DNA from: an uncultured bacterium | Lineage (GTDB): Bacteria > Verrucomicrobiota > Verrucomicrobiia > Verrucomicrobiales > DEV007 | DNA length: 64,000 nt | Direction of reading: 5' to 3' | Assembly (NCBI GenBank): GCA_963977015.1 | Contig: CAXBMO010000025.1 | Location: 1-64,000 of the forward strand | Part shown: positions 30,101-38,346 of the stretch, piece after piece | Numbering within the stretch: the stretch's first letter is position 1 | How the letters are laid out: every line of letters starts with the position of its first letter | The notes under the pieces: model-generated | What the model was told of the DNA's origin: nothing | The model's database searches: none | The model's input: the letters and a program-made list of their open reading frames with translations, nothing else | Position numbers and translations under genes: made by a program

Positions 30101-33100
30101 CCGGATCAACCGGCAACTCGGTTTCGTAAATCAACTCGTCGACCTCCTCAGTCTCGTCCGGTGCCTGGGACGTCATTTTCTGAATTCGATCGACGGTCCA
30201 ATCCGTCCGCACCCCAGTACGCCAGACTCTGCGGGTCATCTTCTTGAAGCTGCCCGAAACCAGCTTGGCGGTTTCGCGTTGCGGGTGCTCGGCCAACGGA
30301 TACCAGAACCGGCCGTCGTGACTTCCCAGGACTCGCGCCCGAACCGGTGCCTGATCGAGGGGATTCGGAGTGGTGAAGGTGCCTTTGGAAAGCATGCGAA
30401 GCTCCTTCACATCCACACTCAACCACTTTGGAGTGAGCCCGTCAGGCTGGCTGACCCAGGTCGTCGATGGATCTTTGTCGATTGCCATGAGCGGGCTCTG
30501 GTCGATCGCGGTATCGCTCGCCTGGGCTCCCGCGGGCAGATCGCTCGTCATCACCTGCCCCTCGAACCGGCCACTGTGGCTGCCGGATTCGTTCAAAATC
30601 GCCTGAACTTCGTCACCGCTGCTGGAGGTGAGCTTGACCGTGACCTGATCCGCGTTCTGCGTCAGGTCGCGATCCGGATCATCGACTCGAAGGTAGACCG
30701 GATTACCAGGTTTGATCTCATTCCGAGGGCGACTGATCGAGCGGCGCAGGTCGAGGTTGATCTCCTGCTCGCGAGCAAGTTGCTCGGATTCCGTCTCTTC
30801 GTTCTCATCGATAATCTGCGAACTGGCCATTCGGAAATCCGCATCCGCAGCCATCCCGATGTCGCCAGTTGGCAGCGGCTCGAATTTGAACTCCTTCTTG
30901 AACACCTCTGGGTAATCAACGTGGACAAGGTCATTGCCTCCAACCTCCAATACTCCGTTTCCGGGTTGAATCTGGCCCAGACCAGTCTCGATCTCTCCAA
31001 TGAAGAGGCCTTTCCCGGCTCCGCCGCTGACGATATAGGTTACTTCTTTGTCGCCACCTGGCGTTGTGGTGACTTCGACCGGAATCCTCGTATGACCACG
31101 TGAAATTCCGAGATCTGAATCCTGAACCACAATGCTGAGAGCTCGCCCCGGCTCATGCCAACGTTTTGATCCCTGCCCCAGCCGCCCGACGGTTCGAAGC
31201 AACTCGAGCTGTTCGAGGAATCGCTGCTCACCACCGTAAACTTCGGCCAGGTTGTAGAGCGTTTCGTTCGCCAAAGCAACATCCGGCATGGAACTGAGCA
31301 CCTCGCGGAAGATGTCCCGGGCTTCGTCGGAATTCCCTTTCCGGTTTTCCAGCACGCCGAGGAGGAACATGCCGCGAACACGAATCTTTGCCATCGGGCT
31401 GTTTGCCAACTCCTGAAACTTTTCTTCAGCTTGATCGAAGATCTTCTGTGCCATGAGCGTTTCACCGATCCCGAACTGCGCCTCGGTCGCTTCCTCGGTG
31501 TCGGGGTACCGATTCACCACTGTTGTGTATTCGCTTCGAGCAACTTCATATCGTTTCCCGCGGTGATAGTTTTTTCCGAGCAGAAACTGCATCGTTGCCT
31601 TTTCCGATGCCGTGAATTTCTCGCTTTCGCTGTGCTTGATCATCCACTTGCGCAGAATCTCCTCAGCGCGATTGTGATTTTCCTCGCCGCCCGCCACAAT
31701 GTGGGAATCGGCCGCAAACGAGACCAACTCCACTGGCAATTCGAGCATGTATTCGTCGAACAATTGGAGGTTGGAACTATAGGCCTCCAAGGCACGTTCC
31801 CGGTCTTCTAACCGGAGGTGAACCCCGATCTCAAGGAGCGGCGCCATCGGGTTGTCAGCGCTCACTTCCATGCCGAGTGCGCCCATCTTGCCATAGGCCT
31901 CACGCACCAACGAACGGGCTCTCTCCATCGCGTCAACCCCGGCACTGTTTCCCACATTGTTCAGCAAGGCAGTCGCGAGCGTTGCCGCTTCAGCATTTTC
32001 GTTTCGGGCGAGTGCCTTCTGTGCCCACGGAAACTGATAACGAAAGGTGTTGGAATCCTTCGGCGAATTCATCGTCGCATTGCGATACGCCAGGAGCCGC
32101 TCCATGGGCTTCAGGGCATGCCCTTCCACTTCCAACACGGCGAGACGGGCCAGTTCGCTTTCCCGGCCGTAGTCCATGTCGGCGCAGGTCTGGTAGATTG
32201 TTAGCTTCTGCTCGGCTGTAATCTCGGTGCTCTGCATCGCCCGGCTCACCCAGTCATGCAGACTGAAGCTCCAGGAGCGCAGCCGTCGCTCGTCCTGGCG
32301 CTTGCGCGTCTCCCGGCAGATTCGTTCCCAATTCGCATAATCTCCGATCCGGAAGTATTCGTAGGCTAGGTAATTCGCATAGTGTCCGTGATTATCGCCC
32401 GGCGTAGCATCGTAGTAAGGCTTGTAGAAATTGATTCGCTCCTGCCCCTCCGCCTTGCGATTCCCCAGCATGTTCACCGCACTGGCGGTATCGCTGTGGT
32501 TGGGTTCATGCTTGATTGCCTCGCTGGCATAAGCACCAGCCTCGGCCTCCAGTTCCCGGCTCACCAGCCGACTGATGATGTGATTGGCATAGCCGTTACT
32601 CCAGCCCAAGCGGGCGTTGTTCTTTCGAATCCACTCATAGGCCTTCTTCATGAGCGGTTGGTCCTCGGTTTTGGAGGCGCAGTTGATCGCGTGGTAATAG
32701 GCCGCTGCGTCCTGAGCGGGCAAATCAAATCGCATCACGTGCTCCAGGGCGATCCGGGCTTCGTCTGCCTTCCCATAATTCCCCGCTGCCTCGACCCATT
32801 GCCGCGCCGGTTCGTATTCGTCGGGAAGCAGCTTCGCCAACTGCTCGTAAAACGGGATCGATTCGTTGCGCCGGCGTGAGTCGCCGTAATTGCGAATGTC
32901 CGAGGCGTGCAGGTAAAGTAGCTTGGCCTTCTGCTCCTTGGAGAGATTGGTCTTCAACAATTGCTCCCGGGCACCATGGCCACGCATCCGGTTTTGCAGG
33001 GCCGAAGCCCAAAGCCGGACCGCGTTGTCCTGTCTCACCTTGTTGTTCTCGTCCTTGGCCCACTTAAGACGTTTGCGGGTCTCTTCATCCTTCGAGTTCT

Positions 33101-34523
33101 TCACCTGGCCCATCCAGTATTCGAGCGCATTGGTGTAGTTCGGCAGGTGGCCATTCTTCTTGGAGTGAGCCACCCACTGGCGAATTTCCTTCTGGAACTC
33201 GGCCTCGTTCGGAGCGGTTTCCAACAACCAGTTGAGAGCCGAGCGATACTCGCTGCTCACGTTGTCCGCCGGAGAATCAGCATAGAGAAATCCCCGCAGG
33301 ATTTGCCGAGTCTGGTTCTCGTTTTTCAATCGGTCACGATAGAGAGAAAACGCCGCATAGTAGTCAAGCCGCCAGGCATCTTCCGGATTCGCGCGTCGCG
33401 CTTGCTGGTAAATCTGCACCCCTCGTTCGTGCATCGCCTTGTTTTCCTCCCCAGCCCCCGGGAGCCAGCCAAAATAAGTGCTCGACCAATAGGCGTGTTT
33501 TTTGAGGACCTCCTGCGCGATCGAGAGCGCACCATTGAGATCGCCATTGCGCTGTTTGTCGCTCGCCAACAGGTTCCGCATCTCCATTTGGTAATAAACG
33601 CGGTCATTCGGAAAATTCCGAATGTATTGATCGACCGCCTGTTGAATCTGGTTGTGCGGTGCCTTGGAATCATAGAGAGAGCGAACCAGATTCTTATGGG
33701 AATCGACATAGCTCGAATCCAGAGCAATCGCCTCCCGATAAATCTTGATGGCATTGGAATGCTGACCTTGCCCACGGTAAATATCCCCCATCCAATTGCG
33801 GAACTCCCAGCCTTGGCGGGAATCAAAGGGAAGCTTCTTTTGCATGGCCTTAAGGCCGATCTGAATACAAAGCGGCTGATTTTTCCCGTAGTGACGGGTT
33901 TGATACATGGCGTTGTAGGCGAATTGGGCCGCCGACACGTTGGCTGGAAGTTGATCGATGATTTTCAGCGCCATCTCGCCCATGATTTTGGCCGTCTCTG
34001 GATTGCGCATATCGTAGTAGAGCCGAAACGCCTTTTCGGCGTGCGGGATCCCGTTCCGTCCCAGTTTTTCCCAAGCTCCGCGATAGTGATCCGCCGCTTC
34101 ACGTCTTTTGTTCTCCGCGTCGAAGACCTCGCCCAAGGCGAGGTGTACTTCCGCGACGCGTTTCGAATTCGGATAACGCTCAAGAAACTGTAGCCCGGTG
34201 GATTTGATTTCGTTGTTCCGGCTCGCCGCCATCAGCCCCTCCATCAGCCGCCACATTGTCTCTTCATGCTTGGGGTGACTCGCCTGAGTATTGACAAACG
34301 TCCGAGCGGTACGCACCAAACCAAAGAGCTGACCTTCGGCATAGTAGGTGTCGATCAACTCCAACATGATTCGCGCTCCGGCATCGGACGATTCCAAGGT
34401 TTGGCGCAGCTTCGCCTCCAAATCAGCAGCCCGCTTTTCGGCTTCGGTTTGCGCGTAAAGCTGTGCCGTCAATCCAGCCGCAAGGGCAATTACACCCAGC
34501 GTTCTTAGCAATAGTGTCTTCAT
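27141..34523 (-). CDS. Giant secreted TPR protein (~2460 aa) with central beta-sandwich repeats and F5/8-like and PA14-like domains
   Basis: Signal peptide MKTLLLR...LYA; N- and C-terminal TPR arrays; five D-x-D beta repeats. Confidence 0.85.
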   Translation of the reverse strand: MKTLLLRTLGVIALAAGLTAQLYAQTEAEKRAADLEAKLRQTLESSDAGARIMLELIDTYYAEGQLFGLVRTARTFVNTQASHPKHEETMWRLMEGLMAASRNNEIKSTGLQFLERYPNSKRVAEVHLALGEVFDAENKRREAADHYRGAWEKLGRNGIPHAEKAFRLYYDMRNPETAKIMGEMALKIIDQLPANVSAAQFAYNAMYQTRHYGKNQPLCIQIGLKAMQKKLPFDSRQGWEFRNWMGDIYRGQGQHSNAIKIYREAIALDSSYVDSHKNLVRSLYDSKAPHNQIQQAVDQYIRNFPNDRVYYQMEMRNLLASDKQRNGDLNGALSIAQEVLKKHAYWSSTYFGWLPGAGEENKAMHERGVQIYQQARRANPEDAWRLDYYAAFSLYRDRLKNENQTRQILRGFLYADSPADNVSSEYRSALNWLLETAPNEAEFQKEIRQWVAHSKKNGHLPNYTNALEYWMGQVKNSKDEETRKRLKWAKDENNKVRQDNAVRLWASALQNRMRGHGAREQLLKTNLSKEQKAKLLYLHASDIRNYGDSRRRNESIPFYEQLAKLLPDEYEPARQWVEAAGNYGKADEARIALEHVMRFDLPAQDAAAYYHAINCASKTEDQPLMKKAYEWIRKNNARLGWSNGYANHIISRLVSRELEAEAGAYASEAIKHEPNHSDTASAVNMLGNRKAEGQERINFYKPYYDATPGDNHGHYANYLAYEYFRIGDYANWERICRETRKRQDERRLRSWSFSLHDWVSRAMQSTEITAEQKLTIYQTCADMDYGRESELARLAVLEVEGHALKPMERLLAYRNATMNSPKDSNTFRYQFPWAQKALARNENAEAATLATALLNNVGNSAGVDAMERARSLVREAYGKMGALGMEVSADNPMAPLLEIGVHLRLEDRERALEAYSSNLQLFDEYMLELPVELVSFAADSHIVAGGEENHNRAEEILRKWMIKHSESEKFTASEKATMQFLLGKNYHRGKRYEVARSEYTTVVNRYPDTEEATEAQFGIGETLMAQKIFDQAEEKFQELANSPMAKIRVRGMFLLGVLENRKGNSDEARDIFREVLSSMPDVALANETLYNLAEVYGGEQRFLEQLELLRTVGRLGQGSKRWHEPGRALSIVVQDSDLGISRGHTRIPVEVTTTPGGDKEVTYIVSGGAGKGLFIGEIETGLGQIQPGNGVLEVGGNDLVHVDYPEVFKKEFKFEPLPTGDIGMAADADFRMASSQIIDENEETESEQLAREQEINLDLRRSISRPRNEIKPGNPVYLRVDDPDRDLTQNADQVTVKLTSSSGDEVQAILNESGSHSGRFEGQVMTSDLPAGAQASDTAIDQSPLMAIDKDPSTTWVSQPDGLTPKWLSVDVKELRMLSKGTFTTPNPLDQAPVRARVLGSHDGRFWYPLAEHPQRETAKLVSGSFKKMTRRVWRTGVRTDWTVDRIQKMTSQAPDETEEVDELIYETELPVDPEARRQRRPDPVAVVWQGTFVQPRDGAVRFEMRGQFCAASIDGFLFQPPVPVQQQIHVDVFLEAGLHDLVFFTTSTDSAQRPVEVRRARENPNISEVRTMRFIPEDFDLTQAFVADLKTIGDYKMGTMGVDDNGHWKFEIEPRELRHVRFVVDEYLGQAVAINSVTVSGPEEQYIPAEADLLMLSSNNVLELTPGDQIESTYIDELPTGGNPRNRALTQSLNATYYNGSISPISYDFIRNPNGQVVEITKDLLRIDPGERITIEIVDYDMDATGQEDKIPLKVQVGDGEIVELVAYETEETSGIFKTEIDSYNPDMPEPAPAQTPASGETPNGEESEPKPDLPKLALKPGQQVFVTYRDQENTFPGHAIDREAVVYVREPTDAKMRIIETRSTPADPETNRQMEVTYLPGSDGAKIKGLSYDVPLTVEVIDPDAARDSLSTVKVQLTLNGNPDPAATPTEVECFVSTAFSDLNETLVGVRNPALQEGRFVGQVLMRLGGPDSPRLIPRTPDLPNNLVGRALPPSDVDPLTGQTTSGSLDLSMLSVLNLTGADTVSATYLDSDTPSQEATTHVDQGRLLGNAQLAATDSAYEEAVEGVQVGERLYLRLTDPDQDRSGERDKLTLQIASTHGEEESVELEETLSHSGVFTGSFRLKAQSKPTPGNYTPEAPNLEAFFGEQMLAKYVDSRPASQDEPIELETEIPVSDGTDGAVAAFTKVFGDESLAIQTQFHIAESYFELFKSHLNLERQDNAYEDLENGRRVLQELQEDYPDPKYAPRVAYLLGQFAQELKDWDQAITSYETIVRQYPDHTLAADAQYKLGQCYEEASRFDDALEAYVTLAATYPQNPLISSVMIRINEHFYRNEEYMVAAQVGQKFMERFESHEHAPRMAFRSGQCFYKAENFTTAGLMFDDFVKRFPEDELTAQALFWSGESYRQANNVSFAFRRYNRCRWDFPESDAAKYARGRLALPEMLAQFEREAATVEDEQ

Positions 34524-34536
34524 AGGTGTTCCGCCG

Positions 34537-36891
34537 TTAGTATCCCGCTTTAACCAACGCATCGCTGATGCGCTTCGCTTCGGATGCAACGTCGCTTTCG
34601 GGAAAATCGTTAATCAACTGGTCAAACATGGTTCGAGCTTCTTTCCGCTGGCTTAGGCGATAGAGACATCGACCGTAGTTGAACATGATGATGTCGAGGA
34701 AGTTCGCATCCGGGTAATCGGCAAGGACATTTTCAAAGACATCAATGGCCCGGGCATAATCCTCCTTCTGGTAGTAGAAATTGGCCATCTTCGCGACGGC
34801 ATCCCCTACGCGACCGCTTTCCGGAAATTGCTCATACACTTTCTGATATTCCACAAAGGCGCGCTCGTAGAGCTGGGTTGCCTGTTGCGCGCTGGCATCC
34901 GCCGCCATGTCTTCATAGGTTTCGGCGATCCCAAATTGTGCCTCTCCTTTAAGCGGGCTTTCGTTCAAGCGAAGGACGGAGCTAAAAAGATTGATCGCCT
35001 CACTCAAACGCCCCTGACCGCGAAAGGCATTCGCTTGCTGGAGCATCGCCTCATCGACAAACGAGGATTCCGGAAACTCGCGCATCAGTCGCTGGCTCAT
35101 GGCCACGGCAAGCCGGAAATCGCCCATCGCAAAATAGGTCCGCCAAAGCTGAACATAGGCCTGCTCCAAAATTGAACCGCCCAGATTTCGGGCTTCCTCC
35201 AGGATCTCCTCTGCAACCTGAAGTGCCTCTTCGTACTTCAGGTCAGCCTTGTCCTGGAGGCCGAACTCCTGATAGTGATTTCCGATGTTGGTCAATGCCT
35301 CGGCCGTGCGAAGTTGCGTCCTGGTTCTCAACTCGGAATCATCGATGCTCGTCTTGGTCACACGAACGTTGCCCAGATTCCCCTCAATGCAGGTGGCCTG
35401 GGTCACCAAATCCCGGGCCGTGCGGGTCAAATTCACATCGTCCTTATAGCGTAGCCTAACCAAATCACCGGGTTGCGCCTGCAGAATCGCGTCATTCCGC
35501 TTGGGCTGTTCCGCGGCCTCGATGACCACCGTTCCGCGAAACGCGCCGCTGTGAAACGTGGGATCCTCCGCCGCTGATTCCTGAACTTCAGCGGCAAATT
35601 CGCCCGCGCTAGCCGGATCTTCGGGCGCTGGATCAGGAGGCGAAACCGGTGGAGCCTCGGCGATCACTTCATCCTGCGTATCGGTCGGGTCGGACGCGTT
35701 TTCTTCCGCTGCAGGAGGCGGATCCTGCTTGATTTCGGTTAACTGAACCCGCGTTTGGTCGATCTTCTTGTATCGCTCGATTTTCGGCTTGTCAGATTCG
35801 GGTGCGTTCCCATCCGGCAACCCGCCGTTCGCCGCCAATTCTGCCAATTCCGCATCTAATTCCTCGGTTGATTTTTCCCGCCAAACCTCCGCGACCGCAT
35901 CCAGCTTGTCCGGATTGTCGCTCACGTCCTTATCCGCATCGAAAATCTGCAAATTCGCCTGCTTGCCGATCACGACTCCGGCCAGAGAATCCGCAAACGA
36001 TCCGTCCGTGATCTGCACGATTGCCGACCCGACGACCTTCACCGTGAAAAGCCGAGCCTGATCGAACTTTCGATCTGCGGTGTGCGAATCAACATAGATT
36101 ACCTCAACTTCGTCGCCGCCTTTGATTTCGAGCTGATGATTACCGGGTATCGGACGGCCGAGCGCGGTGGGGATCGAGCCCAACACGACCCGCACCTGCC
36201 GCCCAATCGGGTGACAAATGACTTGTTCTTCATCCCCGCTCTTGGCCCTGCAAACCACGGTAACCGTTTCGCCCGGCTCAAGAATCGCAAGATCTTGGTC
36301 GTCAATCTTCACAAAAAGCCGCTGCCCGGCCTCGACCTTTTCAATCTGCTTGTCTTCTTCGGAAAGCGCGGTGCCAACCTTTTCGAGCGCTTCGATGGCC
36401 CGGCTGTAGTGGCCGAGTTTGAAGTGACCCAACCCAATGTAGTAATACGCCTCGTTGACGTGGGCCGAGGTGGAGAAATCCTCAATCACCGAACGCAGAA
36501 TCTTGAAACACTGCCCGTAAAATCGCCCCTCGTAGAAACAAATTCCGGTTTTAAGCGTCGCTTCGGCGCGTTGCTCCTCGTCCACATTCGTCTCGGCCGA
36601 TGCGGCTTCAAAATGGCCTCGCGCTTCGTCAAACGCCCGCTTCTTCTCCAGCAGATAGTCCCCCAATCGCATATGCGCGTCATAGCGGACCTTGCTTCGC
36701 GGATAGCGCTCAATGACCGAGCGCCAAATTTCCAGCGCCTTCTCGGTTTCATCAGCCTCGATACGGGTATCGCCAGCTTCAAGAAGCTTGCGAGCCGCGC
36801 GGTCTTCCATCAGCGAGCCGCGTTCCTGCGCCCAAGCGCCGGAGGTGATCACGATAAAGCTGGCCAGGAGCGCCAGAAAGCGTCGCATCAT
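34537..36891 (-). CDS. Secreted TPR protein (~784 aa) with two central beta repeats
   Basis: Signal peptide MMRRFLALLA...AWA; TPR arrays at both ends; LFVKIDDQDL and LQIFDADKD repeats. Confidence 0.85.
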   Translation of the reverse strand: MMRRFLALLASFIVITSGAWAQERGSLMEDRAARKLLEAGDTRIEADETEKALEIWRSVIERYPRSKVRYDAHMRLGDYLLEKKRAFDEARGHFEAASAETNVDEEQRAEATLKTGICFYEGRFYGQCFKILRSVIEDFSTSAHVNEAYYYIGLGHFKLGHYSRAIEALEKVGTALSEEDKQIEKVEAGQRLFVKIDDQDLAILEPGETVTVVCRAKSGDEEQVICHPIGRQVRVVLGSIPTALGRPIPGNHQLEIKGGDEVEVIYVDSHTADRKFDQARLFTVKVVGSAIVQITDGSFADSLAGVVIGKQANLQIFDADKDVSDNPDKLDAVAEVWREKSTEELDAELAELAANGGLPDGNAPESDKPKIERYKKIDQTRVQLTEIKQDPPPAAEENASDPTDTQDEVIAEAPPVSPPDPAPEDPASAGEFAAEVQESAAEDPTFHSGAFRGTVVIEAAEQPKRNDAILQAQPGDLVRLRYKDDVNLTRTARDLVTQATCIEGNLGNVRVTKTSIDDSELRTRTQLRTAEALTNIGNHYQEFGLQDKADLKYEEALQVAEEILEEARNLGGSILEQAYVQLWRTYFAMGDFRLAVAMSQRLMREFPESSFVDEAMLQQANAFRGQGRLSEAINLFSSVLRLNESPLKGEAQFGIAETYEDMAADASAQQATQLYERAFVEYQKVYEQFPESGRVGDAVAKMANFYYQKEDYARAIDVFENVLADYPDANFLDIIMFNYGRCLYRLSQRKEARTMFDQLINDFPESDVASEAKRISDALVKAGY

Positions 36892-37011
36892 GTTGTTCCC
36901 GGTTTGTGGGGGTTGAGTTCGGTGGAGGAGGATTGCGTGACGGGGCATATCTCGACAGAAAGGGCGTGCGAACCGTGCGGCCCGCACGCCCCCCGGGAGG
37001 AAATCGTGCAA

Positions 37012-38280
37012 TTAGGCGAACAGCTCGCCAATCGGATTGGAGCCTTTGCGCACCAGCGTCATTGGGCGCCCATCCGGCGTCGTGAGCGGTTTGGCATAGT
37101 CGATCCCCATGGCGTGAAGAATGGAAGCGTGAATGTCCGGCACATGAACCGGGCGGTCTTCCGGCAGCATGCCGTCCATATCGGACGAACCTACGACGTT
37201 CCCGCCTTTGACGCCACCTCCAGCCATGAACATGGAGAAAACCTTGGCGTAGTGGTCACGACCGGCATTCTGGTTGACCCGCGGAGTTCTACCAAACTCG
37301 GAAAGCATCACCACCAGGGTGGTGTCGAGCTTGCCGCTGGCAGCCAGGTCTTCGATCAAACTCGCCAACGCGGGGTCCATCACTTCACCATGGGTCCGCA
37401 TCGCCGGGAAAATCTCCTCGTGATTGTCAAATCCACCTCGGTTCACTTGAACGAAGCGAACGCCGGTTTCGACGAGTTTGCGCGCGAGAAGAGCTGCACG
37501 GCCGAAGTCGGTTTCCCCATAACGAGCCAAGGTCTGGGGGGATTCCTTCTCCAGGTCGAATACTGAAAGCTGAGGGCTGCGCATCAGATCGATGGCATCG
37601 TTCAACGCGGTTTCGGCCGCCTTCATCTCTTGAGCACCGAATTTCTGCGAGGAACGGAGATTCATCTTGGCCAGAATATCGAGGCGTTTGTTGCCTTGAA
37701 CCTGGTTGATGCCTTCAGGGAACGCCAGGTATGGATCGCGTTCGCCGGGACGACCAATGTAGTAGGCCTCGCAGCTTTGACCGAGATAACCGGCGCGGGG
37801 AGCACGGCCCCCGATACTGACGAACGCAGGCAGATCGCTCTGCGCGTTGCGTTGACTAACCACCACCGAACCAATACCAGGATGGATCGTCGTGTTACTG
37901 GTCTGTTGGAAACTGGACTGCAATTCATAGGTCGCACGACCATGGTCACCGTTTGTTCCTGCGATGGAGCGGATCAGCGAGGCGTGATGCATCTGCTTCG
38001 CGACCTTTGGGAAAATCTCGCTGATTTCAATTCCGTCGACCGAAGTCTTGATGGGCGAGAATTCACCAGCGGTTGGGCGCCCCGGTTTCGGATCCCAGGT
38101 GTCGATATGGCTCATCCCACCACCGTTCCAGAACAGGATGACCTGCTCGGCTCTCGGGGCGACAGACGGATTTGCGACGAGGCTGCGTACGGGCATGCCC
38201 AGAAACGTAGCAGCGCCAGTGATGCCAGCTCCTTGGAGCATTCGGCGGCGAGTCATGTGGTAGTCTTTACAACCAGTCAT
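37012..38280 (-). CDS. DUF1501 family protein (Tat)
   Basis: TRRRML, GGMSHIDTWDPKP, LLARKLVE.GVRFV, FDNH, SEFGRTP, GRDH. Confidence 0.93.
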   Translation of the reverse strand: MTGCKDYHMTRRRMLQGAGITGAATFLGMPVRSLVANPSVAPRAEQVILFWNGGGMSHIDTWDPKPGRPTAGEFSPIKTSVDGIEISEIFPKVAKQMHHASLIRSIAGTNGDHGRATYELQSSFQQTSNTTIHPGIGSVVVSQRNAQSDLPAFVSIGGRAPRAGYLGQSCEAYYIGRPGERDPYLAFPEGINQVQGNKRLDILAKMNLRSSQKFGAQEMKAAETALNDAIDLMRSPQLSVFDLEKESPQTLARYGETDFGRAALLARKLVETGVRFVQVNRGGFDNHEEIFPAMRTHGEVMDPALASLIEDLAASGKLDTTLVVMLSEFGRTPRVNQNAGRDHYAKVFSMFMAGGGVKGGNVVGSSDMDGMLPEDRPVHVPDIHASILHAMGIDYAKPLTTPDGRPMTLVRKGSNPIGELFA

Positions 38281-38346
38281 TGGAGTGTGGGTTTTGGTAG
38301 TGGGTTTTTGTGGTGCGAGTGGCAGAACACCGCAGGGGAAACTCGG

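Noticed and set aside
29004-31103. 699-aa + strand ORF (also 22136-23272, 23558-24937, 32961-34193, 36082-37566, 38962-40596, 49291-50556)
   Set aside because: Antisense shadows of well-supported minus-strand genes in GC-rich DNA; no recognisable motifs
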